This document shows, one piece after another, positions 53,692 to 64,000 of a stretch of DNA of 64,000 nucleotides. The DNA is taken from assembly GCF_013315695.1 (NCBI RefSeq), contig NZ_CP054353.1. One strand, 5' to 3'. The notes under the pieces are model-generated. The model did no database searches and was not told the DNA's origin. It saw nothing but the letters and a program-made list of their open reading frames with translations. The first letter of the stretch is position 1. Each line of letters starts with the position of its first letter. Origin of the DNA: Escherichia coli. GTDB taxonomy: Bacteria > Pseudomonadota > Gammaproteobacteria > Enterobacterales > Enterobacteriaceae. A program made the position numbers and the translations under genes.

Positions 53692-53884
53692 TGACATAAT
53701 CGCTCACCAGTAAGTTTGCCGCAGCGTATGCTGCTTTTTCCCTGACAGCCTCAGAAAGGGCGTCGTCGGCAGCCATTTCATTCAGCACTTTCAAAACGCA
53801 GCCCAGCGCGTCCGGAACGTATCCTAAGTCTCCGCTGGCGATTTCCGCGTACCGCTTGCGTATTAACTCACAATATTTTTCCAC
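53684..53884 (-). CDS. yaeP: UPF0253 protein YaeP
   Basis: Track ORF 53684-53902; start set to the GTG giving (M)[27 protein letters not shown]; overlaps rof start by 8 nt. Confidence 0.85.
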
Positions 53885-54049
53885 ATGCCCTCCTGTCAGC
53901 ACTCTGACTTAACCGTGGATGCAAGTCTAAGCCTACGAAGATAAACTCTGTTTCGCAAGGTGACTATACCACACTCATTTCTGCAATATCAGCGTCGCAA
54001 CTGCACGTATTCCGTTACAATGGCCTCCTGATTCGAAAGGAGTTTTCTT

Positions 54050-54595
54050 ATGGCGCTTAAAGCGACAATTTATAAAGCGACGGTTAATGTGGCCGATCTC
54101 GACCGCAACCAGTTTCTCGATGCCTCTCTGACGCTGGCGCGCCATCCTTCAGAAACCCAGGAGCGTATGATGCTGCGCCTGCTGGCGTGGCTAAAATATG
54201 CCGATGAACGTCTGCAATTTACCCGTGGTTTGTGTGCCGATGATGAGCCGGAAGCGTGGCTGCGTAACGATCATTTGGGTATTGATTTGTGGATTGAGCT
54301 GGGGCTGCCGGATGAGCGACGGATTAAGAAAGCCTGCACCCAGGCCGCAGAAGTGGCGCTGTTTGCCTATAATAGTCGGGCGGCGCAAATCTGGTGGCAG
54401 CAAAATCAGAGCAAATGTGCGCAGTTTGCCAATCTTTCCGTCTGGTATCTGGACGATGAACAACTGGCGAAAGTGAGCGCCTTTGCCGATCGTACCATGA
54501 CGCTGCAGGCAACGATTCAGGATGGCGTGATCTGGTTATCAGATGATAAGAATAATCTGGAAGTGAACTTAACCGTCTGGCAACAACCTTCATGA
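54050..54595 (+). CDS. yaeQ: YaeQ family protein
   Basis: 181-aa [38 protein letters not shown]. Confidence 0.92.
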   Translation: MALKATIYKATVNVADLDRNQFLDASLTLARHPSETQERMMLRLLAWLKYADERLQFTRGLCADDEPEAWLRNDHLGIDLWIELGLPDERRIKKACTQAAEVALFAYNSRAAQIWWQQNQSKCAQFANLSVWYLDDEQLAKVSAFADRTMTLQATIQDGVIWLSDDKNNLEVNLTVWQQPS

Positions 54596-55014
54596 TTGTG
54601 ATTTCCCGACATGTTGCTATCCCCGATGGTGAGCTTGAGATCACCGCCATTCGTGCGCAGGGCGCGGGCGGGCAGCATGTTAATAAGACCTCAACGGCTA
54701 TTCATCTGCGTTTTGACATTCGGGCGTCCAGCCTGCCAGAGTATTACAAAGAGCGTCTGCTCGCCGCCAGCCATCATTTGATCAGCAGTGACGGAGTGAT
54801 TGTCATTAAGGCACAGGAATACCGCAGTCAGGAACTGAACCGCGAAGCGGCGCTGGCCCGGCTGGTGGCAGTGATTAAAGATTTAACAACAGAACAAAAA
54901 GCCCGACGACCTACGCGGCCCACCCGTGCATCGAAAGAGCGCAGGCTGGCATCGAAAGCACAAAAATCAAGCGTGAAGGCGATGCGCGGCAAAGTGCGCA
55001 GCGGTCGGGAATAA
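54592..55014 (+). CDS. arfB: Peptidyl-tRNA hydrolase ArfB (alternative ribosome-rescue factor B)
   Basis: 140-aa ORF with GGQ motif ([16 protein letters not shown]) and basic C-terminal tail; overlaps yaeQ stop. Confidence 0.95.
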   Translation: MIVISRHVAIPDGELEITAIRAQGAGGQHVNKTSTAIHLRFDIRASSLPEYYKERLLAASHHLISSDGVIVIKAQEYRSQELNREAALARLVAVIKDLTTEQKARRPTRPTRASKERRLASKAQKSSVKAMRGKVRSGRE

Positions 55015-55027
55015 AAAGAAGGAATGG

Positions 55028-55738
55028 ATGGTGAAAAAAGCGATAGTGACAGCGATGGCTGTAATCAGCCTCTTTACTCTGATGGGATGTAATAATCGGG
55101 CCGAAGTCGACACGCTTTCTCCGGCGCAGGCTGCCGAACTGAAACCGATGCCGCAAAGTTGGCGCGGCGTGCTGCCGTGTGCCGATTGCGAAGGGATCGA
55201 AACCTCTTTGTTCCTCGAAAAAGATGGAACCTGGGTGATGAATGAACGCTATCTTGGTGCGCGTGAAGAGCCTTCCTCTTTCGCTTCCTACGGTACATGG
55301 GCGCGAACCGCTGACAAGCTGGTATTAACCGACAGCAAAGGTGAAAAGTCATATTATCGGGCGAAAGGAGATGCGCTGGAGATGCTCGATCGTGAAGGTA
55401 ATCCGATTGAATCGCAGTTCAACTATACGCTGGAACCGGCACAATCCAGTTTACCCATGACGCCGATGACCCTGCGGGGCATGTATTTTTATATGGCTGA
55501 TGCGGCGACCTTCACTGATTGCGCGACCGGAAAACGTTTCATGGTAGCGAATAACGCAGAGCTGGAGCGTGGCTACCTGGCTGCGCGCGGTCATAGTGAA
55601 AAACCGATGTTACTGTCATTAGAAGGGCACTTTACGCTTGAGGCTAATCCGGATACCGGTGCGCCAACCAAAGTATTAGCGCCCGATACGGCAGGTAAAT
55701 TTTACCCGAACCAGGAATGCAGTAGTTTGGAGCAGTAA
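55028..55738 (+). CDS. nlpE: Outer-membrane lipoprotein NlpE (Cpx-activating)
   Basis: 236-aa ORF MVKKAIVTAMAVISLFTLMGCNNRAEV (lipobox LMGC), CxxC motif. Confidence 0.95.
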   Translation: MVKKAIVTAMAVISLFTLMGCNNRAEVDTLSPAQAAELKPMPQSWRGVLPCADCEGIETSLFLEKDGTWVMNERYLGAREEPSSFASYGTWARTADKLVLTDSKGEKSYYRAKGDALEMLDREGNPIESQFNYTLEPAQSSLPMTPMTLRGMYFYMADAATFTDCATGKRFMVANNAELERGYLAARGHSEKPMLLSLEGHFTLEANPDTGAPTKVLAPDTAGKFYPNQECSSLEQ

Positions 55739-55744
55739 TTGAAC

Positions 55745-55766
55745 GCCGGAGCATTCTCCGGCTTTT
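55745..55766. terminator. Hairpin between convergent nlpE and yaeF (GCCGGAG-cattc-TCCGGC + TTTT)
   Basis: Inverted repeat with T4 on the plus strand in the 29-bp convergent spacer. Confidence 0.6.
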
Positions 55767-55767
55767 A

Positions 55768-56592
55768 TCACCGAGTCAGCCCAACAAAGCGGCCTGCCTT
55801 GATATAAATCCCAGGCTTCATGTGCCCAACATACTGTAACTGCGTTTCTGGCTTAAACGCAGAGATATCGCCAGTACGCATATGCATCAGATCGGCAGGG
55901 CTAATCCAGCCTGATTGCGCCAGCGTAAGCGGATGCCCGGCTTTGGCAAATGCATCAGTGACAAATTCCGAACAAAACCACGACTTTTTGTCTCCTTCGC
56001 CCATACTGCTTAACTGCGCTTTCGCCAGGCCGCTGACGCACTGTTGACGAAAATCCTCGGAGAATGGATTTAGTGAGCACATCTGGCGAGTCACCATAAA
56101 TGGAATAAATTCGACAATGCCGCGATAGTTGTAACCGCTATCTTTAATTTTGTTGGCGAACGCGGTGATTTCTGTGGCTTGTTGCGGGGTAAGATCCGGG
56201 ACTCGTAAGACGAAAAGCTTATCACTATGCTTTATGGCTTTTTTAAGGGAAACAATCTGGACGCCAGCGCCTGTCGCTTCGGCAACGTTGTTATCTCCCA
56301 AATAGATTGCAACGTGACTCACAGAGGAAGTGCTGAATACGCGGATACCAAATGAGGTTACCCCAAGGCTTGAGGAGAAAAGCAAATCGCCGGGTTTGAG
56401 ATCTGGTTCCGTTATTTCTTTTATTGATTGTTCGGTGAAAGAGCTTTGATGCTGGAATTTAACAGCCCATGTTTTCGCCTCGGCATTTACCACTGTGGCT
56501 GATGAGTCTGGCTGGCTGATATCAACGGTACAGGCCGAAAGTACAAGAAAGCAGGGGAAAAGCAGGCGGCAGTACGCCTTTGGTTTATCCAT
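55768..56592 (-). CDS. yaeF: Lipoprotein YaeF (permuted papain-like/NlpC-P60-type fold family)
   Basis: Track ORF 55768-56601; start trimmed to MDKPKAYCRLLFPCFLVLSACTV (lipobox LSAC). Confidence 0.88.
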   Translation of the reverse strand: MDKPKAYCRLLFPCFLVLSACTVDISQPDSSATVVNAEAKTWAVKFQHQSSFTEQSIKEITEPDLKPGDLLFSSSLGVTSFGIRVFSTSSVSHVAIYLGDNNVAEATGAGVQIVSLKKAIKHSDKLFVLRVPDLTPQQATEITAFANKIKDSGYNYRGIVEFIPFMVTRQMCSLNPFSEDFRQQCVSGLAKAQLSSMGEGDKKSWFCSEFVTDAFAKAGHPLTLAQSGWISPADLMHMRTGDISAFKPETQLQYVGHMKPGIYIKAGRFVGLTR

Positions 56593-56644
56593 TTTATACA
56601 ATCCATGTAAAAAAGGGCCCCGAAATTCAGGACCCTTTCTGGCA

Positions 56645-58363
56645 TCAGCCTTTAATCTGTTTCACCAGATAATCGACGATGTCACCAGTCTTAATTAACT
56701 GTTTCTCGCCGTTACGACGATATTTATATTCGATATCATCGTTGTCGAGGTTACGGTCGCCCAGCACAATAGTGTGCGGAATACCGATCAGTTCCATATC
56801 AGCAAACATCACGCCCGGACGCTCTTTGCGGTCATCCAGCAGCACTTCGATACCTTGTGCGCGCAGTTCGCTGTACAGTTTCTCAGCAAGTTCCTGTACG
56901 CGGAAGGATTTGTGCATGTTCATTGGCAGAATCGCCACCTGGAACGGCGCGATAGCGTCAGGCCATACGATGCCGCGTTCGTCGTAGTTCTGCTCAATCG
57001 CCGCTGCTACCACACGCGTTACACCGATACCGTAGCAACCCATCGTCAGGATTTGGTTACGGCCATCTTCACCCTGTACGGAGGCTTTCAGTGCTTCGGA
57101 GTACTTGGTACCCAGCTGGAAGATGTGACCGACTTCGATACCACGTTTGATCAGCAGCGTACCCTGACCATCCGGGCTTGGATCGCCAGCCACCACGTTG
57201 CGGATATCAGCAATTTCCGGGGTAGCGACATCGCGATCCCAGTTGATACCGAAGTAGTGTTTACCATCGATGTTAGCACCAGCAGCGAAATCACTCATCG
57301 CCGCAACGGTACGGTCAATCACCACCGGAATCGGCATGTTTACCGGACCCAGTGAACCCGGACCGGCTTTAACCACGGCACGAATTTCTTCTTCGGTCGC
57401 AAAAGTCAGTGGGCTGGCAACCTGCGGCAGTTTTTCTGCTTTAACTTCGTTCAGCTCGTGGTCACCACGCACCAGCAGCGCAACCAGCGGGAAGCTACTG
57501 CCTTCAACCGCTTTAACCAGCAGAGTCTTCACCGTTTTCTCAATCGGCAGATTGAACTGTTCAACCAGTTCCGCGATGGTTTTCGCGTTCGGCGTATCAA
57601 CCAGCGTCATTTCCTGGGTAGCAGCAGCGCGCGGTTCTTTCGGCGCGATAGCTTCTGCCAGCTCAATGTTCGCTGCATAGTCAGAGGTGTCGGAGAAGAC
57701 CACATCGTCTTCACCGCTCTGCGCCAGCACCTGGAATTCGTGAGAGGCGCTACCGCCGATAGAACCGGTGTCGGCCTGTACGGCGCGGAAATCCAGCCCC
57801 ATGCGGCTGAAGATTTTGCTGTAGGCCGCATACATTGCATCGTAGGTTTCCTGCAGGGATTCCTGAGAAGTATGGAAAGAGTAAGCATCTTTCATCAGGA
57901 ATTCGCGGGAACGCATGACGCCGAAACGCGGACGCACTTCGTCGCGGAACTTGGTCTGGATCTGATAGAAGTTCAGCGGCAGCTGTTTGTAAGAGCTCAG
58001 CTCGTTACGAATCAGGTCAGTGATAACTTCTTCATGAGTTGGGCCGAGTACGAACGGACGCTCGCCACGGTCAACAAAACGCAGCAGTTCCGGACCGTAC
58101 TGTTCCCAACGACCACTCTCTTGCCACAAATCGGCTGGCTGAACCACCGGCATTAACACCTCGATCGCACCGGCGTTGTTCATCTCTTCACGCACGATGT
58201 TTTCGACTTTTTTCAGAACGCGCACGCCGGTCGGCAGCCAGGTATATAACCCGGAGGCCAGCTTGCGGATCATCCCGGCGCGCAGCATCAGCTGATGGCT
58301 GATCACCTCGGCGTCGGCAGGTGTCTCCTTGAGAGTGGAGAGCAGGTATTGGCTAGTACGCAT
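56645..58363 (-). CDS. proS: Proline--tRNA ligase
   Basis: Track ORF 56645-58417; start trimmed to [34 protein letters not shown] (572 aa). Confidence 0.96.
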   Translation of the reverse strand: MRTSQYLLSTLKETPADAEVISHQLMLRAGMIRKLASGLYTWLPTGVRVLKKVENIVREEMNNAGAIEVLMPVVQPADLWQESGRWEQYGPELLRFVDRGERPFVLGPTHEEVITDLIRNELSSYKQLPLNFYQIQTKFRDEVRPRFGVMRSREFLMKDAYSFHTSQESLQETYDAMYAAYSKIFSRMGLDFRAVQADTGSIGGSASHEFQVLAQSGEDDVVFSDTSDYAANIELAEAIAPKEPRAAATQEMTLVDTPNAKTIAELVEQFNLPIEKTVKTLLVKAVEGSSFPLVALLVRGDHELNEVKAEKLPQVASPLTFATEEEIRAVVKAGPGSLGPVNMPIPVVIDRTVAAMSDFAAGANIDGKHYFGINWDRDVATPEIADIRNVVAGDPSPDGQGTLLIKRGIEVGHIFQLGTKYSEALKASVQGEDGRNQILTMGCYGIGVTRVVAAAIEQNYDERGIVWPDAIAPFQVAILPMNMHKSFRVQELAEKLYSELRAQGIEVLLDDRKERPGVMFADMELIGIPHTIVLGDRNLDNDDIEYKYRRNGEKQLIKTGDIVDYLVKQIKG

Positions 58364-58473
58364 GTTGTTACGGTTCCAGTTGGAAGGTAGAACAGGCTCA
58401 AGGCGAGCCTGGGACAAAAAAAGTGATTTAGTTTACCAGTGCAAAAGAAATGTCAAAAGAGAAGGGCGTGAAT

Positions 58474-59181
58474 TTAACGCGGTTCCAGCGCAAAGACTTC
58501 AAAACCTGCGTCGGTGACGCGCCAGCGAACATTAAAATCATGCAGCCAGACGGCATAGGTTTTGCCCGTTTCCTCACCTTTACGATAGGCCGGGCGCGGG
58601 TCCTGCGCCAGTACTTCGCGGATAAACAGCGTTAACTGCGGATAACGCTTCTCCAGCGTCAAAAGCTGCTTTTCGACCTCTGCGGTAAAACACACCGCCA
58701 TTTCTGCCGCTGGCGCACTTTGCGCATAGCTGGCACTGGCATCGGGAAGCGATTCGGCAAAGGGGAGATACGGTTTGATATCCACTACCGGCGTACCATC
58801 GACCAGATCCAGACTGCCGAGCTTCAGAATCACGCTGTCTTTATGGCAAACAACCTCTTTCAGCTCTACCAGCGACATACCAATTGGGTTAGGGCGAAAA
58901 GTGGAGCGCGTAGCGAAAACACCCATTCTGGCATTACCGCCAAGACGAGGCGGACGCACAGTCGGACGCCAGCCGCCTTCCATCGTTTGATGAAAGACGA
59001 AAAGGATCCATAAATGGCTGAATGCTTCCAGGCCGCGAACGGCGTCGGCCTGGTTGTAGGGAGCAATGAGATGTAGTTCGCCGTTGGCGCTTTTTACCAG
59101 ACCTGGCTGGCGCGGAACGGCGAATTTTTCTTTATAGGGCGAGCGAATAACGCCTATTTGCTCGAACTGGAAACTGCTCAT
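58474..59181 (-). CDS. tsaA: tRNA (adenine37-N6)-methyltransferase TsaA/TrmO
   Basis: 235-aa ORF MSSFQFEQIGVIRSPYKEKFAVPRQPGL. Confidence 0.94.
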   Translation of the reverse strand: MSSFQFEQIGVIRSPYKEKFAVPRQPGLVKSANGELHLIAPYNQADAVRGLEAFSHLWILFVFHQTMEGGWRPTVRPPRLGGNARMGVFATRSTFRPNPIGMSLVELKEVVCHKDSVILKLGSLDLVDGTPVVDIKPYLPFAESLPDASASYAQSAPAAEMAVCFTAEVEKQLLTLEKRYPQLTLFIREVLAQDPRPAYRKGEETGKTYAVWLHDFNVRWRVTDAGFEVFALEPR

Positions 59182-59582
59182 TTCGCCGTGATGTTAAGCG
59201 CAGAACCGATACATACAGCCTGACGATAGCAGCCTGGCGTACCGCTGGTGACTTCGCAGCTATGCAGTAATACCGCATTGGCTTTCATTTTCGAGGCGTT
59301 GATTTGCATCCGCTTACGTGCGGTTGGAATGCTCGGCGGAGAGTCCTGATTAGAGGCCTGGCAAGAGTCGCCACTGACTTCACCGAGATCGCGGAACGGT
59401 TTGCCGACTAATTCTTCTGCATTGGTATAAATTCGGACCGGCGTGGCGCGCGGCGCTTTCGGTTTTGCAGGCTCCGCTTTCGGCTGGGGTGCAGTGCTTT
59501 GAACGGGTTCGACAGGGGATCTGCTTAACATGGAACAGCCGCTTAGCATGAGTGCTACTAAACAGATCGGTAAAGCACGCAT
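59178..59582 (-). CDS. rcsF: Outer-membrane lipoprotein RcsF (Rcs phosphorelay sensor)
   Basis: 134-aa ORF MRALPICLVALMLSGCSMLSRSP (lipobox LSGC), Pro-rich linker, four Cys. Confidence 0.95.
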   Translation of the reverse strand: MRALPICLVALMLSGCSMLSRSPVEPVQSTAPQPKAEPAKPKAPRATPVRIYTNAEELVGKPFRDLGEVSGDSCQASNQDSPPSIPTARKRMQINASKMKANAVLLHSCEVTSGTPGCYRQAVCIGSALNITAK

Positions 59583-59645
59583 AGTATTTCCTCAATGTAT
59601 GATCAAAACGTCAATATTGAATCAGGCGCTTGTAAAAATGACAAG

Positions 59646-59663
59646 ACGGGCAAGCGCCCGTCC
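59646..59663 (-). terminator. metNIQ operon terminator (GACGGGC-gcuu-GCCCGUC followed by U-rich tract on the minus strand)
   Basis: 7-bp stem just downstream of metQ stop; minus-strand transcript continues UUGUCAUUUUUAC. Confidence 0.6.
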
Positions 59664-59699
59664 TGAATGATATTACAAATTGTGGAAACAGCCTAAATA

Positions 59700-60515
59700 T
59701 TACCAGCCTTTAACAGCGCCGCCGTTAAACACTTTGTTTGCTGCTTCGTAAACTTCGTCAGACTGATAAGCCTGAACGAATTTCTTCACGTTTTCGGCGT
59801 CTTTGTTGTCTTCACGCGTTACGATCAGGTTTACGTACGGGGACTCTTTATCTTCGACAAAGATACCGTCTTTCGCTGGAGTCAGGCCAATCTGGCTGGC
59901 ATAGGTGGTATTGATAACTGCCAGAGCGATTTGCGCGTCGTCCAGAGAGCGCGGCAGCTGCGGTGCTTCCAGTTCAACAATTTTCAGATTTTTTGGGTTC
60001 TCAACAACATCAAGAACGGTCGGCAGCAGGCCAACGCCATCTTTCAGTTTGATCAAGCCCACTTTTTGCAGCAGCAGCAGTGAACGACCAAGGTTAGTTG
60101 GGTCGTTTGGCACGGCAACCTGCGAACCATCCTGCAGTTCATCCAGTGATTTGATTTTCTTGGAGTAACCTGCAATCGGATAAACAAAAGTGTTGCCTAC
60201 TGCGACCAGTTTGTAGCCACGATCTTTCAGTTGCTGATCAAGGTACGGTTTATGCTGGAAGGCGTTGGCGTCGATATCGCCTTTGCTCAATGCTTCGTTT
60301 GGCAGAACATAGTCGTTGAAGGTTACCAGCTCAACGTCCAGGCCATATTTGTCTTTCGCAACTTTCTGCGCGACTTCTGCAACCTGCTGTTCGGCACCAA
60401 CAATCACGCCGACTTTAATGTGGTTTGGATCTTTTTCATCCTGACCGCAGCCTACCAGTGCCAGTGATCCAATCAGGGCTCCCACTGCCGCAAAGGTTTT
60501 GAATTTGAACGCCAT
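59700..60515 (-). CDS. metQ: D-methionine ABC transporter substrate-binding lipoprotein MetQ
   Basis: 271-aa ORF MAFKFKTFAAVGALIGSLALVGCGQDEK. Confidence 0.96.
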   Translation of the reverse strand: MAFKFKTFAAVGALIGSLALVGCGQDEKDPNHIKVGVIVGAEQQVAEVAQKVAKDKYGLDVELVTFNDYVLPNEALSKGDIDANAFQHKPYLDQQLKDRGYKLVAVGNTFVYPIAGYSKKIKSLDELQDGSQVAVPNDPTNLGRSLLLLQKVGLIKLKDGVGLLPTVLDVVENPKNLKIVELEAPQLPRSLDDAQIALAVINTTYASQIGLTPAKDGIFVEDKESPYVNLIVTREDNKDAENVKKFVQAYQSDEVYEAANKVFNGGAVKGW

Positions 60516-60554
60516 ACCTTATTCCTTCTTCAATTATTTATGTTGTGTTGAACG

Positions 60555-61208
60555 TTACTTGCGAGTGACTGCCCGGACGATGCGGTCGCCTGCGAACTGA
60601 ATTAAATAAACCAGAATGACCAGCAATACCAGTACCGTATTCATCACCGTCGCGTTATAGCCGATGTAGCCATACTGATAGCCAATCTGACCTAAACCAC
60701 CGGCACCGACTGCACCACCCATCGCGGAATAACCGACCAGGGTAATCAGGGTGATAGTTGCCGCATTCACCAGACCCGGCAAAGCTTCCGGTAACAGCAC
60801 TTTACGGACGATCTGCATTGGCGTGGCACCCATTGCGCGGGAAGCTTCAATTAACCCGGTTGGGATCTCCAGCAGAGCGTTCTCGACCATACGGGCAATA
60901 AACGGTGCTGCACCAACGGTTAACGGAACAATCGCTGCCTGCAAACCAATCGATGTACCGACAATAACGCGGGTAAACGGAATCATCCATACCAGCAAGA
61001 TAATGAACGGGATGGAACGGAAAATGTTCACAATCGCAGAAACGGTACGATACAGCTTCGCGTTAGCAATAATTTGCCCCGGACGCGTGACATAAAGCAG
61101 GACGCCAACCGGCAGACCAATCACAAACCCAAAAAATCCGGATACGAAGGTCATTGCCAGCGTTTCCCATACGCCACGAACCAGCAGCCACATCATCGGC
61201 TCAGACAT
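60555..61208 (-). CDS. metI: D-methionine ABC transporter permease MetI
   Basis: 217-aa membrane [30 protein letters not shown]. Confidence 0.96.
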
Positions 61209-62232
61209 AACCCAGTACCTCTACTTTTACATGGTGTTCCTGCAGCCAGGCAATGGCGGCTTGCGTATCTTGTTGTGTGCCGTGCATTTCAGTCAGCATG
61301 ATGCCGAACTTAACGCCACCGGCGTAATCCATCTGCGCGCTAATAATGTTGTTGTTGACGTTGAAACGACGCGCGGTTTCAGAAAGCAGTGGGGCATCGA
61401 CCGATTGACCGGTAAACTCCAGACGCAGCATCGGCACGCAGTCAGTGAATGGCTCCGCTTGCAGACGCTCCTGATAATCTTCCGGGATATCCAGATGCAG
61501 GGTCGACTGAATAAACTTCTGCGCCAGCGGCGTTTTCGGATGCGAGAACACTTCACTTACCGTGTCCTGCTCGATCAGTTCGCCATTACTGATAACCGCC
61601 ACGCAATCACAAATGCGCTTCACAACGTCCATTTCGTGGGTGATCAACAGAATCGTCAAACCCAGACGGCGGTTAATGTCTTTCAGCAGTTCGAGAATAG
61701 AACGTGTCGTTGCCGGGTCCAGCGCGCTGGTGGCTTCATCACACAGCAATACTTTGGGATTGCTGGCTAATGCACGGGCAATCGCCACACGTTGTTTCTG
61801 CCCACCGGAAAGATTCGACGGGTAGCTATCATGCTTATCGCCAAGACCAACCAATGACAGCAATTCCGTCACGCGACGTTTGATCTCGTCTTTCGGTGTA
61901 TTGTCCAGCTCCAGCGGCAGAGCCACGTTGCCAAAAACAGTACGCGAAGAGAGCAGGTTAAAATGCTGGAAAATCATACCAATCTGGCGACGAGCTTTGG
62001 TCAACTCGGATTCTGACAGCGTGGTCAGTTCCTGGCCATCGACCAGCACGCTACCCTCGGTTGGGCGCTCCAGCAGGTTTACACAACGTATAAGCGTACT
62101 CTTACCCGCGCCTGAGGCACCGATAACGCCATAAATTTGTCCAGCTGGCACATGCAGGCTGACGTTGTTCAACGCCTGGATGGTGCGGGTGCCCTGGTGG
62201 AACACTTTGGTGATATTCGAAAGTTTTATCAT
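61201..62232 (-). CDS. metN: D-methionine ABC transporter ATP-binding protein MetN
   Basis: 343-aa [49 protein letters not shown]; C-terminal NIL domain. Confidence 0.96.
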
Positions 62233-62314
62233 TGATTATTTATTATCGTCATTAAGTTAGTCGTGGCATTTCGAATGCCTAGAACGGGCAACGCCGTCAA
62301 TGAAATGGATGTTA

Positions 62315-62338
62315 AGGCATCCAGACGTCTAAATCAAT
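62315..62338 (-). promoter_or_regulatory. MetJ operator (met boxes) in the metN promoter region
   Basis: Perfect met box AGACGTCT at 62323-62330 flanked by degenerate 8-mers (AGGCATCC, AAATCAAT), ~90 bp upstream of metN start. Confidence 0.6.
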
Positions 62339-62419
62339 CAGGTTTATGCGAAGAGCACTTTCTTGCAGGTCGAAACATGCGATACTAGCGTCACATGCCT
62401 TATTAAGGAGCTATAAAAG

Positions 62420-62992
62420 GTGGCGAAGAGCGTACCCGCAATTTTTCTTGACCGTGATGGCACCATTAATGTCGATCACGGCTATGTCCATGAGATCGAC
62501 AACTTTGAATTTATCGACGGTGTTATTGACGCCATGCGCGAGCTAAAAAAAATGGGCTTTGCGCTGGTGGTAGTAACCAACCAGTCTGGCATTGCTCGCG
62601 GTAAATTTACTGAAGCACAGTTTGAAACGCTGACCGAGTGGATGGACTGGTCGCTGGCGGACCGCGATGTCGATCTGGATGGTATCTATTATTGCCCGCA
62701 TCATCCGCAGGGTAGTGTTGAAGAGTTTCGCCAGGTCTGCGACTGCCGCAAACCACATCCGGGGATGCTTTTATCGGCACGCGATTATTTGCATATTGAT
62801 ATGGCCGCTTCTTATATGGTGGGCGATAAATTAGAAGATATGCAGGCAGCGGCTGCGGCGAACGTGGGAACAAAAGTGCTGGTGCGTACGGGTAAACCTG
62901 TTACGCCTGAAGCAGAAAACGCGGCGGATTGGGTGTTAAATAGCCTGGCAGACCTGCCGCAAGCGATAAAAAAGCAGCAAAAACCGGCGTAA
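62420..62992 (+). CDS. gmhB: D-glycero-beta-D-manno-heptose-1,7-bisphosphate 7-phosphatase
   Basis: 190-aa ORF (GTG start) [25 protein letters not shown] (HAD DxDGT motif). Confidence 0.95.
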   Translation: MAKSVPAIFLDRDGTINVDHGYVHEIDNFEFIDGVIDAMRELKKMGFALVVVTNQSGIARGKFTEAQFETLTEWMDWSLADRDVDLDGIYYCPHHPQGSVEEFRQVCDCRKPHPGMLLSARDYLHIDMAASYMVGDKLEDMQAAAAANVGTKVLVRTGKPVTPEAENAADWVLNSLADLPQAIKKQQKPA

Positions 62993-63010
62993 TGATTAAA
63001 AGATGAGCGG

Positions 63011-63063
63011 TTGAAATAAAAATGCATTTTTCCGCTTGTCTTCCTGAAACGACTCCCTATAAT
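63011..63063 (+). promoter_or_regulatory. rrnH P1 promoter with A/T-rich UP element
   Basis: UP-like AAATAAAAATGCATTTTTCC, -35 TTGTCT (63036-63041), 16-nt spacer, -10 TATAAT (63058-63063), GC-rich discriminator GCGCC. Confidence 0.8.
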
Positions 63064-63145
63064 GCGCCTCCATCGACACGGCGGATGTGAATCACTTCAC
63101 ACAAACAGCCGGTTCGGTTGAAGAGAAAAATCCTGAAATTCAGGG

Positions 63146-63173
63146 TTGACTCTGAAAGAGGAAAGCGTAATAT
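63146..63173 (+). promoter_or_regulatory. rrnH P2 promoter
   Basis: -35 TTGACT (63146-63151), 16-nt spacer, -10 TAATAT (63168-63173), followed by CGCC discriminator. Confidence 0.75.
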
Positions 63174-63213
63174 ACGCCACCTCGCGACAGTGAGCTGAAA
63201 GCCGCGTCGCAAC

Positions 63214-63226
63214 TGCTCTTTAACAA
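63214..63226 (+). promoter_or_regulatory. rrn leader antitermination boxA
   Basis: TGCTCTTTAACAA matches the rRNA operon boxA consensus. Confidence 0.8.
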
Positions 63227-63357
63227 TTTATCAGACAATCTGTGTGGGCACTCGAAGATACGGATTCTTAACGTCGCAAGACGAAAAATGAATACCAAGT
63301 CTCAAGAGTGAACACGTAATTCATTACGAAGTTTAATTCTTTGAGCATCAAACTTTT

Positions 63358-64000
<643 letters not shown>

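Overview
This window is a conserved Escherichia coli-type chromosomal core segment (16S fragment and protein sequences match E. coli/Shigella), syntenic with the K-12 dksA-to-rrsH region. I found no novel or undescribed biological system: nearly every ORF is a recognisable housekeeping gene, and there are no CRISPR arrays, defence islands, prophage, integrase or tRNA-linked islands. Gene order is dksA(partial)-sfsA-thpR | hrpB-mrcB-fhuACDB | hemL | clcA-erpA | yadS-btuF-mtn | dgt-degP-cdaR | yaeH-dapD-glnD-map | rpsB-tsf-pyrH-frr-dxr-ispU-cdsA-rseP-bamA-skp-lpxD-fabZ-lpxA-lpxB-rnhB-dnaE-accA | IS4 | ldcC-yaeR-tilS | rof-yaeP | yaeQ-arfB-nlpE | yaeF-proS-tsaA-rcsF-metQIN | gmhB | rrnH promoters and 5' part of 16S rRNA. 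The points worth a second look are strain-level differences from the K-12 layout: (1) a complete 1426-bp IS4 copy with an 11-bp target duplication inserted into the accA terminator hairpin, 73 bp upstream of ldcC; (2) no yaeI gene between yaeH and dapD; (3) a fhuA allele whose predicted surface loops differ from the K-12 protein as I remember it; (4) several compact intergenic spacers. CDS coordinates follow the supplied ORF track, with starts trimmed to the recognised start codon where the track ORF was N-terminally extended. Hand-counted coordinates for hairpins, promoters and IS ends may be off by 1-2 nt; my count disagreed with the track by 1 nt around 47.9-48.0 kb. All K-12 comparisons are from memory and were not verified by alignment.
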